Origin: Ylistrum balloti
Taxonomy: Eukaryota
Length of the DNA: 64,000 bases
Direction: 5' to 3'
Assembly (NCBI RefSeq): GCF_031769215.1
Contig: NW_026782426.1
Location: 186,001 to 250,000 of the forward strand
A program made the position numbers and the translations under genes. Below are positions 12,933 through 25,699 of the stretch, piece by piece; the first letter of the stretch is position 1; every line of letters starts with the position of its first letter. The notes beneath the pieces are model-generated. The model ran no database searches. It was not told where the DNA came from and saw only the letters and a list, made by a program, of their open reading frames with translations.

Positions 12933-13456
12933 AGGAGAAATTAACATTTTTATGATTTAATTTTCAGTACAAATTTTTACAATTTAATTTTACATACATT
13001 TTTTTTTCAATGCACTCCATCGATATCTCTCTCAAAAATATTTTGCTGTACGAGTCATACGTTGTGAAGATGATTTGAAAGTGTCATTCATTGATTCAGA
13101 TTTATAAATCAAATACCATAGAATTATAGTAAATGTAATAAGACACTTTAATGAGTTGAGTCTGACTTGTTACACCATACATGTTGACCACAGAGTATCA
13201 AACAATTGAGTGAGAGAAATGAAAGAACAACGTTTCAAATTATCTATTTTTCAAAAGTGAAAAAAATGTACCATTTAAAATGTTTCTTCTCTTTTACAAA
13301 ACTTTAACCAAACGTTATTATAGTTAGTAACATAGGGTCACGTATGTCTTAGGCAAGTAAATACCCTACCTCCACTTTGTGTGAAACATGTAATCCTTTT
13401 ACACAAACAGGCATGTCTTTCATTGGTCATGCCACATTGAACACACCTACCTGCAC

Positions 13457-13775
13457 GAACAAGCCCAAAGCAATAGATTTTAAACAAATTCTGTTATTCT
13501 TAATTTTGCGCGTAGTCTTGTGCAGTCGTTCATCTAGTTATAGATATTTGTTAATGTTTGACGGAAATTAATTAGTAGATTATTATAATGCATAGGTAAA
13601 GATCGATCGTGTGCTTAATTAGTTTCCCTGTCGGTGCCTCGTAATTTGCTTTTCACTCATCTCGATTTCTCTGTCACCGCGTGTGAGTGTTGTCGTCTGC
13701 GATTGTCGTAGTAACAAAATGGCGGACATTAAACGTTCGGTGGCTGAGACCGGTAACCAGGTGAAAATAACACAG
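13457..13775 (+). promoter_or_regulatory. Putative CpG-rich promoter and first (leader) exon of gene B; YY1-type motif AAAATGGCGG; 19-codon frame MADIKRSVAETGNQVKITQ from 13719
   Basis: CpG-rich in an AT-rich background. CAAAATGGCGG at 13715-13725 and perfect donor CAG|GTAAGT at 13776. Conserved in the duplicate at 63060-63117. Linkage to gene B is inferred, not shown. Confidence 0.55.
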
Positions 13776-13974
13776 GTAAGTCGTTTTTGAATGGAATGTT
13801 TTTACTGAGCTATCACCAGAATATAGAGTTTAGGAAAGGTGTGATGTAATTTATAGACTAGATTGTCACGAAGGTATAAATTGACAGTTACTCGAGCGGT
13901 AGTGTGCTTCTTGGATATTTGACAAGTGTTTTCGTGTTATTTACGGTTACAACAGATATAACGGTTTCCTATAG

Positions 13975-14038
13975 GTACTGAAGGATAAGGATTACTGTTG
14001 ACAGGTGTGATGGACAATGTCACGATTAACAAATACAG
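13975..14038 (+). other. Putative second leader exon (64 nt)
   Basis: TTTCCTATAG| acceptor and CAG|GTATGA donor. Same 64-nt segment at 63316-63379; identity between the copies drops after the donor. Confidence 0.4.
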
Positions 14039-15799
14039 GTATGATAAAACTCGGTTAATTACTAAAAATAGGTAAATATTAGAAATCAGTTATATTCATA
14101 GTATTTTTGATGAAGATCATATAAAATCTTTAAAGAGGTTATCGATATATTATAGATTTATTAATTAGGAGACATGTTCTGAATGTATCTCTATTATATA
14201 TGATCTGTACACCAAGTAGTACCTAGGTAATATAGAATGACATTTTTGTCAGAATTACATATAGGTTAAACGAGTACCTGTTCTATACGAAAACACGATA
14301 TATCTTTAGCCCTGTATACGTACATGATAATATGCGTTTGTCAAACAAGAAGCCTGAAGAGGTATGTGCAAACAGTCGTGATGTAATGCAAAGTTATTTT
14401 TAAGAAATTTGAATACAATACAGATCTGTTAAAAACAGTGTCGCTGAAAAGGTAACCATAGGCCTAATTGTTATTTGTTTAAAAGTCTTCATCCGTTGAT
14501 TTAAATAGTTTGTGTGGGTCTCCTTAAAATGGAGATAATTTCAGTAGGAATCCTGACAAGCACTGGCTGATCTAACTTAATGGTGTATTGTAGCACAGAG
14601 CTTTTAAATCAAGTAATTGTAATCTTTATAGAAGGAAATAACATTGTTGGAAGTGATTAAGAAAAACCAAACATTTTTGTTGTTTGGCACTTGAAATGAA
14701 TGAAGCAATTTAATCTGTTTTGATTGATGTTGTTTATATAAATTTAGTTAGTAGCCATTTAAATAAGTTAACCATGAAATATGAGATAATCTTTTAATAC
14801 ATTCCAAAATCTAATCCCCAAACACACCAAATCTGACTCTTATTGAGGGTACAGTTGACTTACAGAAAAACTAAAGCAATATTTGTTTGTAATCTAGTGG
14901 TATGTAAGTAAATTAGTGAGCTCAAGTCCTTAATATTCTGTCTTCTATCAACATTCTTTTATATATTGATCATGCTTTGAACGACATTCATCAACTCCAC
15001 ATCAATAAGAATGTTCCTAGAACATTAGAATAATTTCAGCATATGGTTCACTTATCATGGCTCACCATGACTTGATGATTGTCAATTTATGGTTACCAAG
15101 AACTCATTTCAATGTCTTTCAAAGCTATTATTAACATCAAAATATCTCTCCTGTTGTCAGTTTGGACAGGTGAAATTAGTAGGAATGCTCCCAGCCAAAC
15201 CATTTCAATATAGTGCATGGGGAAATCAGGAAATGAAAGGTCACAAGGTCATAGATTTTTATACAAATTATTAGGTAAATACACAAGTGTATATGTTGTC
15301 CACTTTCTGCTGGGATTACGATTTTAATATGTCATTGAACTTATTTTCTGTTGATTCAATAATTTACACAAGTATTTCATTCTGTTTAGCATATAACAAG
15401 ACAAACCTGTTATGATAGTCTGAGCCACGCAAATATCTTTGAATCAATTAAGCTAGATCTATGGAGAATTTCCACAAATAATATCAAATGTTTGTTTAAA
15501 TGATAAGTTAATTGAGGTGTGCAATTTCCATAACAACATAAGTAGATGATTTTGCACAAAATATTTTTCAAAAGCATACTTTGAAATCTTTACTTTGTGC
15601 AGAATATTCTTTAAGCTTTATTAGAGTTAGTAAACCCCAAAACTTACCTATGGGTGACTACACATTTTATTCTAATGATTAAAAGGCACTGTTTATAGGG
15701 TTTCATACTTACTATGAAGTAAGGATGTGCTTTACAAGCATGGCTATTTTTGTTTCACTTATCATTCGTATACATGTAAATCATGTATACAAAGCGCAC

Positions 15800-17515
15800 A
15801 ACCTCCATACTGTCAGTTTGAGACCAAGCCAAACCTTCATACTGTCAGTTTGAGACCAATCCAAACCTTCATACTGTCAGTTTGAAACCAAAGCCCAACC
15901 TCCATACTGTCAGTTTGAGACTAAGCAAAACCTCCTTACTGTCAGTTTGAGACCAAACAAAACCTAAATACTGTCAGTTTGAGACCAAAGCCCAACCTCC
16001 ATACTGTCAGTTTGAGACTAAGCAAAACCTCCATACTGTCAGTTTGAGACCAAACAAAACCTAAATACTGTCAGTTTGAGACCAAAGCCCAACCTTCATA
16101 CTGTCAGTTTGAGACCAAGGCCAACCTCCTTACTGTCAGTTTGAGACCAAGCCAAACCTTCATACTGTCAGTTTGAGACCAAGCCAAACCTTCATACTGT
16201 CAGTTTGAAACCAAAGCCCAACCTCCATACTGTCAGTTTGAGACTAAGCAAAACCCCCATACTGTCAGTTTGAGACCAAACAAAACCTAAATACTGTAAG
16301 TTTGAGACCAAAGCCCAACCTTCATACTGTCAGTTTGAGACCAAGGCCAACCTCCTTACTGTCAGTTTGAGACCAAAGCCCAACCTCCATACTGTCAGTT
16401 TGAAACTAAGCAAAACCTCCATACTGTCAGCTTGAGACCAAAGCCCAACCTTCATACTGTCAGTTTGAGACCAAAGCCCAACCTTCATACTGTCAGTTTG
16501 AGACTAAAGCCCAACTTCCATACTGTCAGTTTGAGACCAAAGCCCAACCTCCATACTGTCAGTTTTAGACCAAGCAAAACCTCCATACTGTTAGTTTGAG
16601 ACTAAGCAAAACCTCCATACTGTCAGTTTGAGACCAAACAAAACCTCCATACTGTCGGCTTGAGACCAAAGCCCAACCTTCATACTGTCAGTTTCAGACC
16701 AAAGCCCAACCTTCATACTGTCAGTTTGAGACCAAGGCCAACCTCCTTACTGTCAGTTTGAGACCAAGCCAAACCTTCATACTGTCAGTTTGAGACCAAG
16801 CCCAACCTTCATACTGTCAGTTTGAGACCAAGGCCAACCTCCTTACTGTCAGTTTGAGACCAAAGCCCAACCTCCATACTGTCAGTTTGAAACTAAGCAA
16901 AACCTCCATACTGTCAGTTTCAGACCAAAGCCCAACCTTCATACTGTCAGTTTGAGACTAAAGCCCAACTTCCATACTGTCAGTTTGAGACTAAAGCCCA
17001 ACCTCCATACTGTCAGTTTTAGACCAAGCAAAACCTCCATACTGTTAGTTTGAGACTAAGCAAAACCTCCATACTGTCAGTTTGAGACCAAACAAAACCT
17101 CCATACTGTCGGCTTGAGACCAAAGCCCAACCTTCATACTGTCAGTTTGAGACCAAAGCCCAACCTTCATACTGTCAGTTTGAGACCAAAGCCCAACCTC
17201 CATACTGTCAGTTTGAGACCAAAGCCCAACTTCCATACTGTCAGTTTCAGACCAAAGCCCAACCTTCATGCTGTCAGTTTGAGACCAAAGCCCAACTTCC
17301 ATACTGTCAGTTTGAGACCAAAGCCCAACCTCCATACTGTCAGTTTTAGATCAAGCAAAACCTCCATACTGTCAGTTTGAGACCAAAGCCCAACCTTCAT
17401 ACTGTCAGTTTGAGACCAAAGCCCAACCTCCATACTGACAGTTTGAGACCAAGTCCAACTTCCATACCATCAGTTTCAGACCAAGTCCATTCTCCATACT
17501 GTCAGTTTGAGATTA
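15800..17515. repeat. 32/33-bp minisatellite, about 52 copies
   Basis: Unit CATACTGTCAGTTTGAGACCAAAGCCCAACCT(C/T). It generates the spurious RPKPNLHTVSL ORFs. Confidence 0.95.
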
Positions 17516-17600
17516 CCATGTCTTACTACAGAACAAAGTCAAAGCCCAACATGAGGTAGAACTTGTTGATTCTATCCTGTCATTGTCCCAGCACTATAGC

Positions 17601-18292
17601 TTAATGTGGCTTCCTTAAGGTGTTAGTGGTTTCTCTTCTCTAATGGGTTATTTGTCAATGGATGACTGGAAACTGACCACACTCTCTTAATGTGGCTTCC
17701 TTAAGCTGTTAGTGGTTTCTCTTCTCTAATGGGTTATTTGTCAATGGATGACTGGAAACTGACCACACTCTCTTAATGTGGCTTCCTTAAGTTGTTAGTG
17801 GTTTCTCTTCTCTAATGGGTTATTTGTCAATGGATGACTGGAAACTGACCACACTCTCTTAATGTGGCTTCCTTAAGCTGTTAGTGGTTTCTCTTCTCTA
17901 ATGGGTTATTTGTCAATGGATGACTGGAAACTGACCACACTCTCTTAATGTGGCTTCCTTAAGTTGTTAGTGGTTTCTCTTCTCTAATGGGTTATTTGTC
18001 AATGGATGACTGGAAACTGACCACACTCTCTTAATGTGGCTTCCTTAAGCTGTTAGTGGTTTCTCTTCTCTAGTGGGTTATTTGTCAATGGATGACTGGA
18101 AACTGACCACACTCTCTTAATGTGGCTTCCTTAAGGTGTTAGTGGTTTCTCTTCTCTAATGGGTTATTTGTCAATGGATGACTGGAAACTGACCACACTC
18201 TCTTAATGTGGCTTCCTTAAGCTGTTCGTGGTTTCTCTTCTCTAATGGGTTATTTGTCAATGGATGACTGGAAACTGACCACACTCTCTTAA
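17601..18292. repeat. 86-bp tandem repeat, 8 near-identical copies
   Basis: Unit starts TTAATGTGGC at 17601, 17687, 17773, 17859, 17945, 18031, 18117 and 18203. Confidence 0.95.
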
Positions 18293-19964
18293 TATGGTTT
18301 TCCTGTTAATTTGTATTTGTTTGAAAATAATGGAAAAACACATCAGAATAACTTCATATCTTTTTAGTTTGCATATAATGTCATGGAGCTCTGTTAATAT
18401 GATTTTCCTGTTAATTTGTTCCTGTTTGAAAATAATGGAAAAAACACATCAGAATAACTTCATATCTTTTTAGTTTGCATATAATATCATGGAGCTCTGC
18501 GAAAAGCTGATGATGTATTACCTACTGGCATGTATTAATAGGAAAATGTGCATGTTGACAAAATGATTTCTCAATTAAAACCTCAATTGAATCATTATGA
18601 CATATTGCTATTAATCTCTTTGTATAGGGTTGGTGATCTTCGCCAAATCAACTGTTAAATCAACATAATTAGTTGTAACTTCCATCTTTCAAAGCTTCTC
18701 AGTTTGCATTATCTACACTGAAATTTCACGATATTTTTACCCGACCAAATATTTTTTACCACAAATTTGACAGTCACACACTTCTTTCCAGGGTGATTCT
18801 TTAAGCCAAGTTTCAGTTATGAATCATCTTTCTGAAAATGTTTGACTAAAAGTTTTACTCATCAAGCTAACAATGCATGAAGAACAGAAAAAAATATTAC
18901 TCCAAGCAGTGTAATCAATGAAAGAATAAAATGTGGTATAATGGTCCATATCTGATATCCCGGAGGACAGAACTGACAATCTGAACAGCTTTTATTCACA
19001 GAACAATGATATAAATAATGAACTGCAAGTTTTAGTGCTTTTTCCAAAGAGTGGCTAGGAAATGGTTTCAGATTATTGGATTACTGTTGTTGAAAAAGGA
19101 ATAAAAAAATAAACAAATGCTGACAATGTTTGGAAGCTTAACACTCATAATCGATTATTCAGAACTAAAAACAATATTTAGAATATGAGAAGTAAAACAT
19201 TTTGTTTTATTAGTTTGAGGGATGGTTTTTTGCAGAATCAGCTTGTCTGTCCATCAGTCCGTAGACAAAATTTATATGACTAATCTGCAAATGTGCATTT
19301 ACTCATTTTCAGTTAATTTTCTTAAAATTGAATTTACAGTACGAAATAGAGTTTTACCCCTGAAGTGATTTTGCATTTCAACACCATTTTAGAGAGTTAT
19401 GCCCCTTTTCTGTGGAAAATGAATACAGTATTGTCCTGCTGTCATTTGCTCAATTTCCATTGGTTTATTTTTAACATTTTGTTATATGGTGCCATAAGAA
19501 GCTGTGCCACTAAGGAAGATTTTGTATATTTGTTCTATTGAAGGGATTTCATGCCTCTTTATTTTGTGAAACTGATGCTATGTATGCATTCACTCATTAT
19601 TAAATGCATTTGTTTTTGAAATAGAAAGTCTTTTCCGTTCTGACCCCTTTCTACAACTGTAATGTGTTGTGTTTCTAGACTTGTTTCCCTCTTACAACTA
19701 CTCTAACTAATTTGTTTTATACCATGCAGCCCATGCCTGCCAACTTTTCAAAATTCTCATGGATTTTGAGATTATATTTTGTCATACATGTAGTGTCCTA
19801 TCCATATCATACTGTATAAATAATTGATAATTGTGATCATGCATTGTGCAACCATCCAGAATGTACTCCAGCATGGGGATAGAGTTCCCTGAAAAATATA
19901 TTGATTCAAAGGCCAGTTCAATGCTTCCTCCACTTCTGGCATTTTTTTCTGTTTTTGTTTTTGG

Positions 19965-20256
19965 TTTTTAGGTCATCTGACCGAAGGCTCTGATGATGTA
20001 TTGCGATCGCCTTTTGTCCAGCAGTTGTCATAAACATTTTCAACTTCTTCTCAAGTTCTACATGTCTCATTGAGCTGAAACTTACCTGAAATGATTGTGA
20101 CATGATCTTGACCAAAGTTTATTATTAATTTCGGGTTGGTCCGAAATCCAACATGGCCACCATCTTGAAAACACATTTTTGACTTCTTCTCAAGTTCAAA
20201 ATTTGAAATCTTGCATTTTTTGTCAGATGACCGTTAAGGCCCATGGGCCTCTTGTT
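19965..20256 (+). mobile_element. Non-autonomous interspersed repeat, Helentron-associated (HINE-like); same family as 55838-56301 and about 40800-41128
   Basis: Starts TTTTTAGGTCATCTGA and ends CAGATGACCGTTAAGGCCCATGGGCCTCTTGTT (subterminal inverted repeat plus 3' palindrome). Internal sequence is shared with 55838-56301. Confidence 0.7.
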
Positions 20257-22993
20257 CTAATTTTGTCTTGTTTTATAAGCAGAAAAAATGCAGATTCTTA
20301 GCTAAGGACAATTCAGGAGTATCCAATTTTAAAGAAAATTATGACTTAATTTTCCTGAGCTATAAAAAAATAGGTTACTTCAAATTCAGGTTTTAAAATC
20401 CCTGACATTAGAGAAGTGTTTCGAAAAGATCCATTTTGTCTCATTTAAATTCATTGTTTCTGCAGAGTTGATTTATTATTAACAGATCTGAAGTGCAGTT
20501 TTTGTCCACTCTCGCCAGAAATGTAGGGAATTCCATGACTAAACCATAAGAGATTCTCTATTCCTTCAAAGCTAGACAGGTCTAGCACAGATTTCTTTTT
20601 GAGCTTGATGGTATTATTACACGACATGAGATAAAGCTTCTGTCTGGCTAGATGTTGTACAATACAGATACAAATCACTTATAATGAATCGATACAACCA
20701 GAGTACTTCTCAGCTCAGCTACATCATACCTTAATGATTTTTTCCTTAACAATATATACACTACGAGTACATTTATTATTTGCGTTTTGTTGTTGTACAC
20801 AGGAACTCATAAACACTATTAGAGTTGTATCAGGATGGATAAAAAACAGGTTATTGTTGTGTTTACATCTTTTAAGATCAAATCACAGCAGTACTGGGTA
20901 GAAGACATGTGCTTATCTAATATTAGAAAGCGTCTTCACAGTGATGTTAAATATGGCTTTCAAAAAACTGGTAACCATTGTTTGATTCCGATCGCAGCTC
21001 TCTACATGAGTTTCCTGGTTCACTTCACAATCTTTATTCACCGTTTGATCGTTTTATGGAGCAATATAATTTTTATGATCCGAAGATTGCAAATATGCAT
21101 CATGTACAATGTATTTGAAACAGGTACAAGGTGTTTGAAACGGGTGCAAAGTTTTTGAAAAAACACAAAACATAAAATGTGCTGAAGTCCAGATAAAGAC
21201 TGAATCTATCAACTTTTTATGTGTGTCTGGAGTCAATAAATAATTAGGGGATAGTGTCCTTGTTTTTATATATATACATGTACTACGAGTTCGATAATGA
21301 ATTTTGGTTTTAACATGAGATGATGTTAAGCTATGTCCACTTTCAAGTCAAGTTGTCCATAAATTTTGGTCAAGATGTAGGTCAAGGCATATAAAAAGAC
21401 TTAAAATATATCTCTGCATGGGATATCTGTCTATTAATCATTGCTTATACTGATTCCTAATGTACGTACCTGAAACTTATGTCTATTTCTGAATGCCAAA
21501 GGTATTTATTCACTGAAGTAGATATATACTAGTAAAACAAGACATTGACAATTAGTGATGTAGACTGACAACGCATTTCCATTCAAATGAAGATTGGGAT
21601 TTATGTATCATTTTGTATAGAATTATCAGGTAAAGGTAGGAGACAATACTATGTGATGTATAATTTTATTTAGTTAAAGCCGAAGCCTTCCCCCGGGAGA
21701 AACCGGTCGGCATTAAAAAAAAAGTAATAAAGCACCGTTAACAGAGTACGTCAGGTCGTGTTGTGATTGCACCTCCCTGTTCATTTGATTTAGTTGTGAT
21801 GGTATAACTGCAGTTAATCGTTGATTTGAGAACATAACTGACTCTGTGACTGTAGGCCTAGCTGTTAAGCTTTACTCGGCAGGAAATTGGAATATATCAC
21901 TAAGATAACCATCATCATACTCTTCACTTCACATTTTGATGACACATTTGAGCATGTTGTTTTCATAAATTTCTTGAATGTCTTGGTTGATCAGCTTCAA
22001 CAAAATAAATAGCTGCCATATTTGGAATCTTGTCAGGATTATCTCCATGGCAACGACTTAGCAATTCATGAGTATATTTTTAAAACATGAAAAATTAGCC
22101 AATAAAATGTGTCACATAACCTTTATTTTAGAATATCAATCCATACAGACAACTATAGAAAGTCAATAGAATGTCAAAATAATCTGAATTATGTTTAAGT
22201 GAAATTTAATAGGGTAGGTTTGTGCTTTGTTCCATGTTCTATACCAAGGTCTGTGAAAAGTCTTGATTACTTGAGATAATTTGTATACTTTTCTGCTCCA
22301 TGACAATGAAGTCTGTGAAATGAAGTGATGAAAAATAATTTTGGATTATGTAAATTTGTGGCTAATATTATTAAGGAATGATGTCATGTAGAGAAATATT
22401 AAAGAGTATTGTTTTTTTTTCTATTTTATTGTTCAGTTGGCAGACATAACTGCTGAATCTATTACTGTTGCACATAAAACCATGAAATGATGTGTCTGCC
22501 TCTCATCAATAGTTGTGGCTTGGGGATGATGATTGGTATTTGCAGATACAATACCTTATGTGTAGGTGACGAGGCTAGTTTACGACTATTCCTAACCAAT
22601 TCTTCGATAAACATAGCTGTCTATCACACAATTTGTCAATATCAAGGGTCAACCTAATGCATGTAGTTTGGGCTAGTTTTGGTGTAATATGAGATGTTGA
22701 CTGCATTGTCTATGAATTAGGTCCTGTCATGGAATTTTGTAGAAATCAGACATAAAATGATCCAGTCAAAATGGTTTTTAAGGCCGAAGGTTAAAAAAAA
22801 TATCAGCACTTACTTACGGCTGTCAAGATGCCTGCTTGTTTTTCAAGATTATCTTTTAAGTCAGCTTGTACAAATCCTCTCCAAGGTCATACAGTTAGAG
22901 TGAATCATTATACTTGGCCTGACTATCTCATACTGGCAGCTTGGAAAGAAATTTAATGGAGTAAACTATATTCCTTTCTATTTCATTTGATCA

Positions 22994-23393
22994 TGTAACC
23001 CTGGAAAAATACAAGCCGCAATATACCACTCGGCTAGAGAGAACTTCTCTTTAGCTCGATTGGTTGAGCGTCAGACTAGTAAGCCAGGGGTTCGATTCCT
23101 AGCGGAGGCATTGAGATGAAAAATGACCTCTGTTACATTGGCTCCCATGTAGTGACCAGTGAATAGTACTTAGCCATGCCCCACCGGCATCGCTGTAACC
23201 CCATGGAAACTTGAGGACGAGTTATCTCCTGGAGGGGGAGTATGTAACCCTGGTAAAATGCTAGCGGCAATATACCACTCGTCTAGAAAGAACTTCTCTT
23301 TAGATCGATTGGTTGAGCGTAAGACTAGTAAGCCAGGGGTCACGGGTTCGATTCCAAGTGGAGGCATTGAGATGAAAAGTGACTTCTGTTACA
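22994..23393 (+). mobile_element. Complete miniature LTR retrotransposon (TRIM) with tRNA-Thr-like sequence in each LTR (Helenus-type)
   Basis: LTR1 22994-23137 and LTR2 23243-23393, both TGTAAC...GTTACA. PBS-like TGGCTCCC at 23139, PPT GGAGGGGGAG at 23231-23240, 4-bp TSD ATCA (22990-93 and 23394-97). A box TAGCTCGATTGG and B box GGTTCGATTCC within the LTR. Confidence 0.9.
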
Positions 23394-23879
23394 ATCATAT
23401 TATGGAATATCTACAATTGGTGATGGCTGGGGCCCATCATGAGTCCCTGACGGAGCCCCTACAAGAATTCAAGCCCTGAAAGAGGTTGTCAGTAATGTTA
23501 CAGAACCCTTGGATTTTAAAGATCACTTCTTGTTCATATCTGTCTTTTTATCATGACTGAAGCAGATTTATACAACTAACATTACAACTGCAGTAATATT
23601 GTTATACAATAATTACATTCAATTACAAATTTAAAACCCACTGTAGTCAATCACACAGGTAAGGCTATGTTATTTCCTGTGGAGGTGATATGTACTAGTC
23701 ACCACCAGTTTCTATTATAATGCATTGAGATGACATTGTAGTGTTCCTGCAGGTTTCAACACAATATCTTTAATTATAGATTAGTATTGTATGTCACTGT
23801 TTTTATGCTTGGGCATGCCTTCACACCGGCCAACAATGGTATTGTAACAAGGAGCATTTTTTAATTGATATGCATGGTA

Positions 23880-24760
23880 TCATCTAGTGCAGTAGAACCT
23901 AGTATTATTTAATTGATACCATCGAGTGCAGTATAACCTAGCATTATTTAATTGGTACCATCTACTGCAGTATAACCTAGCATTATTTAATTGGTACCAT
24001 CTACTGCAGTATAACCTAGTATTATTTAATTGGTGCCATCTACTGCACTATAACCTGGCATTATTTAACTGAAATGCATGGTATCATCTACTGCAGTATA
24101 ACCTAGCATTATTTAATTGGTACCATCTACTGCAGTTTAACCTAGCATTATTTAATTGGTACCATCTACTGCAGTATAACCTAGCATTATTTAATTGAAA
24201 TGCATGGTATCATCTATTGCAGTTTAACCTAGCATTATTTAATTGGTACCATCTACTGCAGTATAACCTAGCATTATTTAATTGGTGCCATCTACTGCAG
24301 TATAACCTGGCATTATTCAATTGATACCATCTACTGCAGTATAACCTAGCATTATTTAATTGGTGCCATCTACTGCAGTATAACCTAGCATTATTTAATT
24401 GGTGCCATCTACTGCAGTATAACCTTGCATTATTTAAATGGTACCATCTACTGCAGTATAACCTGGCATTATTTAATTGGTACCATCTACTGCAGTATAA
24501 CCCGGCATTATTTAATTGGTGCCATCTACTGCAGTATAACCTAGCATTATTTAATTGGTGCCATCTACTGCAGTATAACCTAGCATTATTTAATTGGTGC
24601 CATCTACTGCAGTATAACCTAGTATTATTTAATTGGTGCCATCTACTGCAGTATAACCTAGCATTATTTAAATGGTACCATCTACTGCAGTATAACCTAG
24701 CATTATTTAATTGGTACCATCTACTGCAGTATAACCTTGCATTATTTAATTGGTGCTATA
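23880..24760. repeat. 39-bp minisatellite, about 22 copies
   Basis: Unit GGTACCATCTACTGCAGTATAACCTAGCATTATTTAATT; offset 39 (23953 to 23992). Confidence 0.95.
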
Positions 24761-25699
24761 TCACAACAGTATAATGCTTGCCAAGACTGTTTGAGTCAAT
24801 AGTTGACAAGTTGCTGCAACACTGGTCATTACTCCGAACTTTCAAAAATTCAAAACCTCAAGTTTCTAATTTTGTTTTATAATTAATGCAGCACATGAAT
24901 CATGAAGTGTCTGTGACTAATGTAGCTATTTATTCTATTAGGCTCATATCCATGCTATAATCAAAAGTTTATATTGAAAGGAAAAATTCACAATATTTTC
25001 AAGGCAGAGGATTAAAGAAAAACATTCATTGATAATCCTTCTAAGTCAATTATACAAGCTGTTGTGATTATTAAATTGTCATTGTAAAAGTAGATTTTCA
25101 ATTTCAATGTTAATAAGCAGAAGTTAATTATATGTAAACATTATTGGTTATTTGGTATTTGAGTCTGTATGAAGTGAGTGAAAAGAGATGTGTGTAATTT
25201 AAATGTCTACCATGATAGTCAATGGGCCCTCCTACTTCACTGTGTTTACTCTCTGTCAAAATCCAGATCAAAGTTTTAGATTGAAAACTATGGCTAGAGA
25301 TTATGGGCAAATACACTTCATCAAAGTTTGGACATATTTTCTCTGCAATTGGGCTATGTTATTTTGTTTCTATGGTAACCAATTTTTTTAAACAAACATA
25401 TTCTGTCATGATAGCGAAGCATTTCCTTTTTGAGATGACATGTTTATGCGTTGCTATGGTGATTTTTCTGCAAGGGCGAAAATGCTCCATCACAAGGATA
25501 TGCGATATTTAAAGATTCTCATGACAAAGTATACTCAGTCCTTTTATGTTTACCTACATAATTAATTTAAATTGATTTTGATGTGATTTTTGTAGCTGAT
25601 TAATTAATAAATAATGGAGGATGGAAAATAGATCTTGTAGAGTTCCTTACTAACAAAACATAAAAGAATCACACCTCCAGTACAAGAGAGTTTTGTGTC

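Larger units (their letters stand above)
13120..14860 (+). repeat. Segmental duplication copy 1 (paralogous to about 61340-64000)
   Basis: Direct alignment by eye. The core 13457-14038 differs from 62797-63379 at about 16 positions; the flanks are more diverged. Confidence 0.95.

Noticed and set aside
15800-17515. CRISPR-like look (constant about 18-nt block plus variable 14-15 nt)
   Set aside because: The variable parts are homologous variants of one another, the context is eukaryotic and there are no cas genes; it is a minisatellite.
23045-23375. tRNA-Thr(AGT) genes (also at about 30785-30860)
   Set aside because: The anticodon stem does not pair and the acceptor stem is broken; the sequences are internal parts of LTRs.
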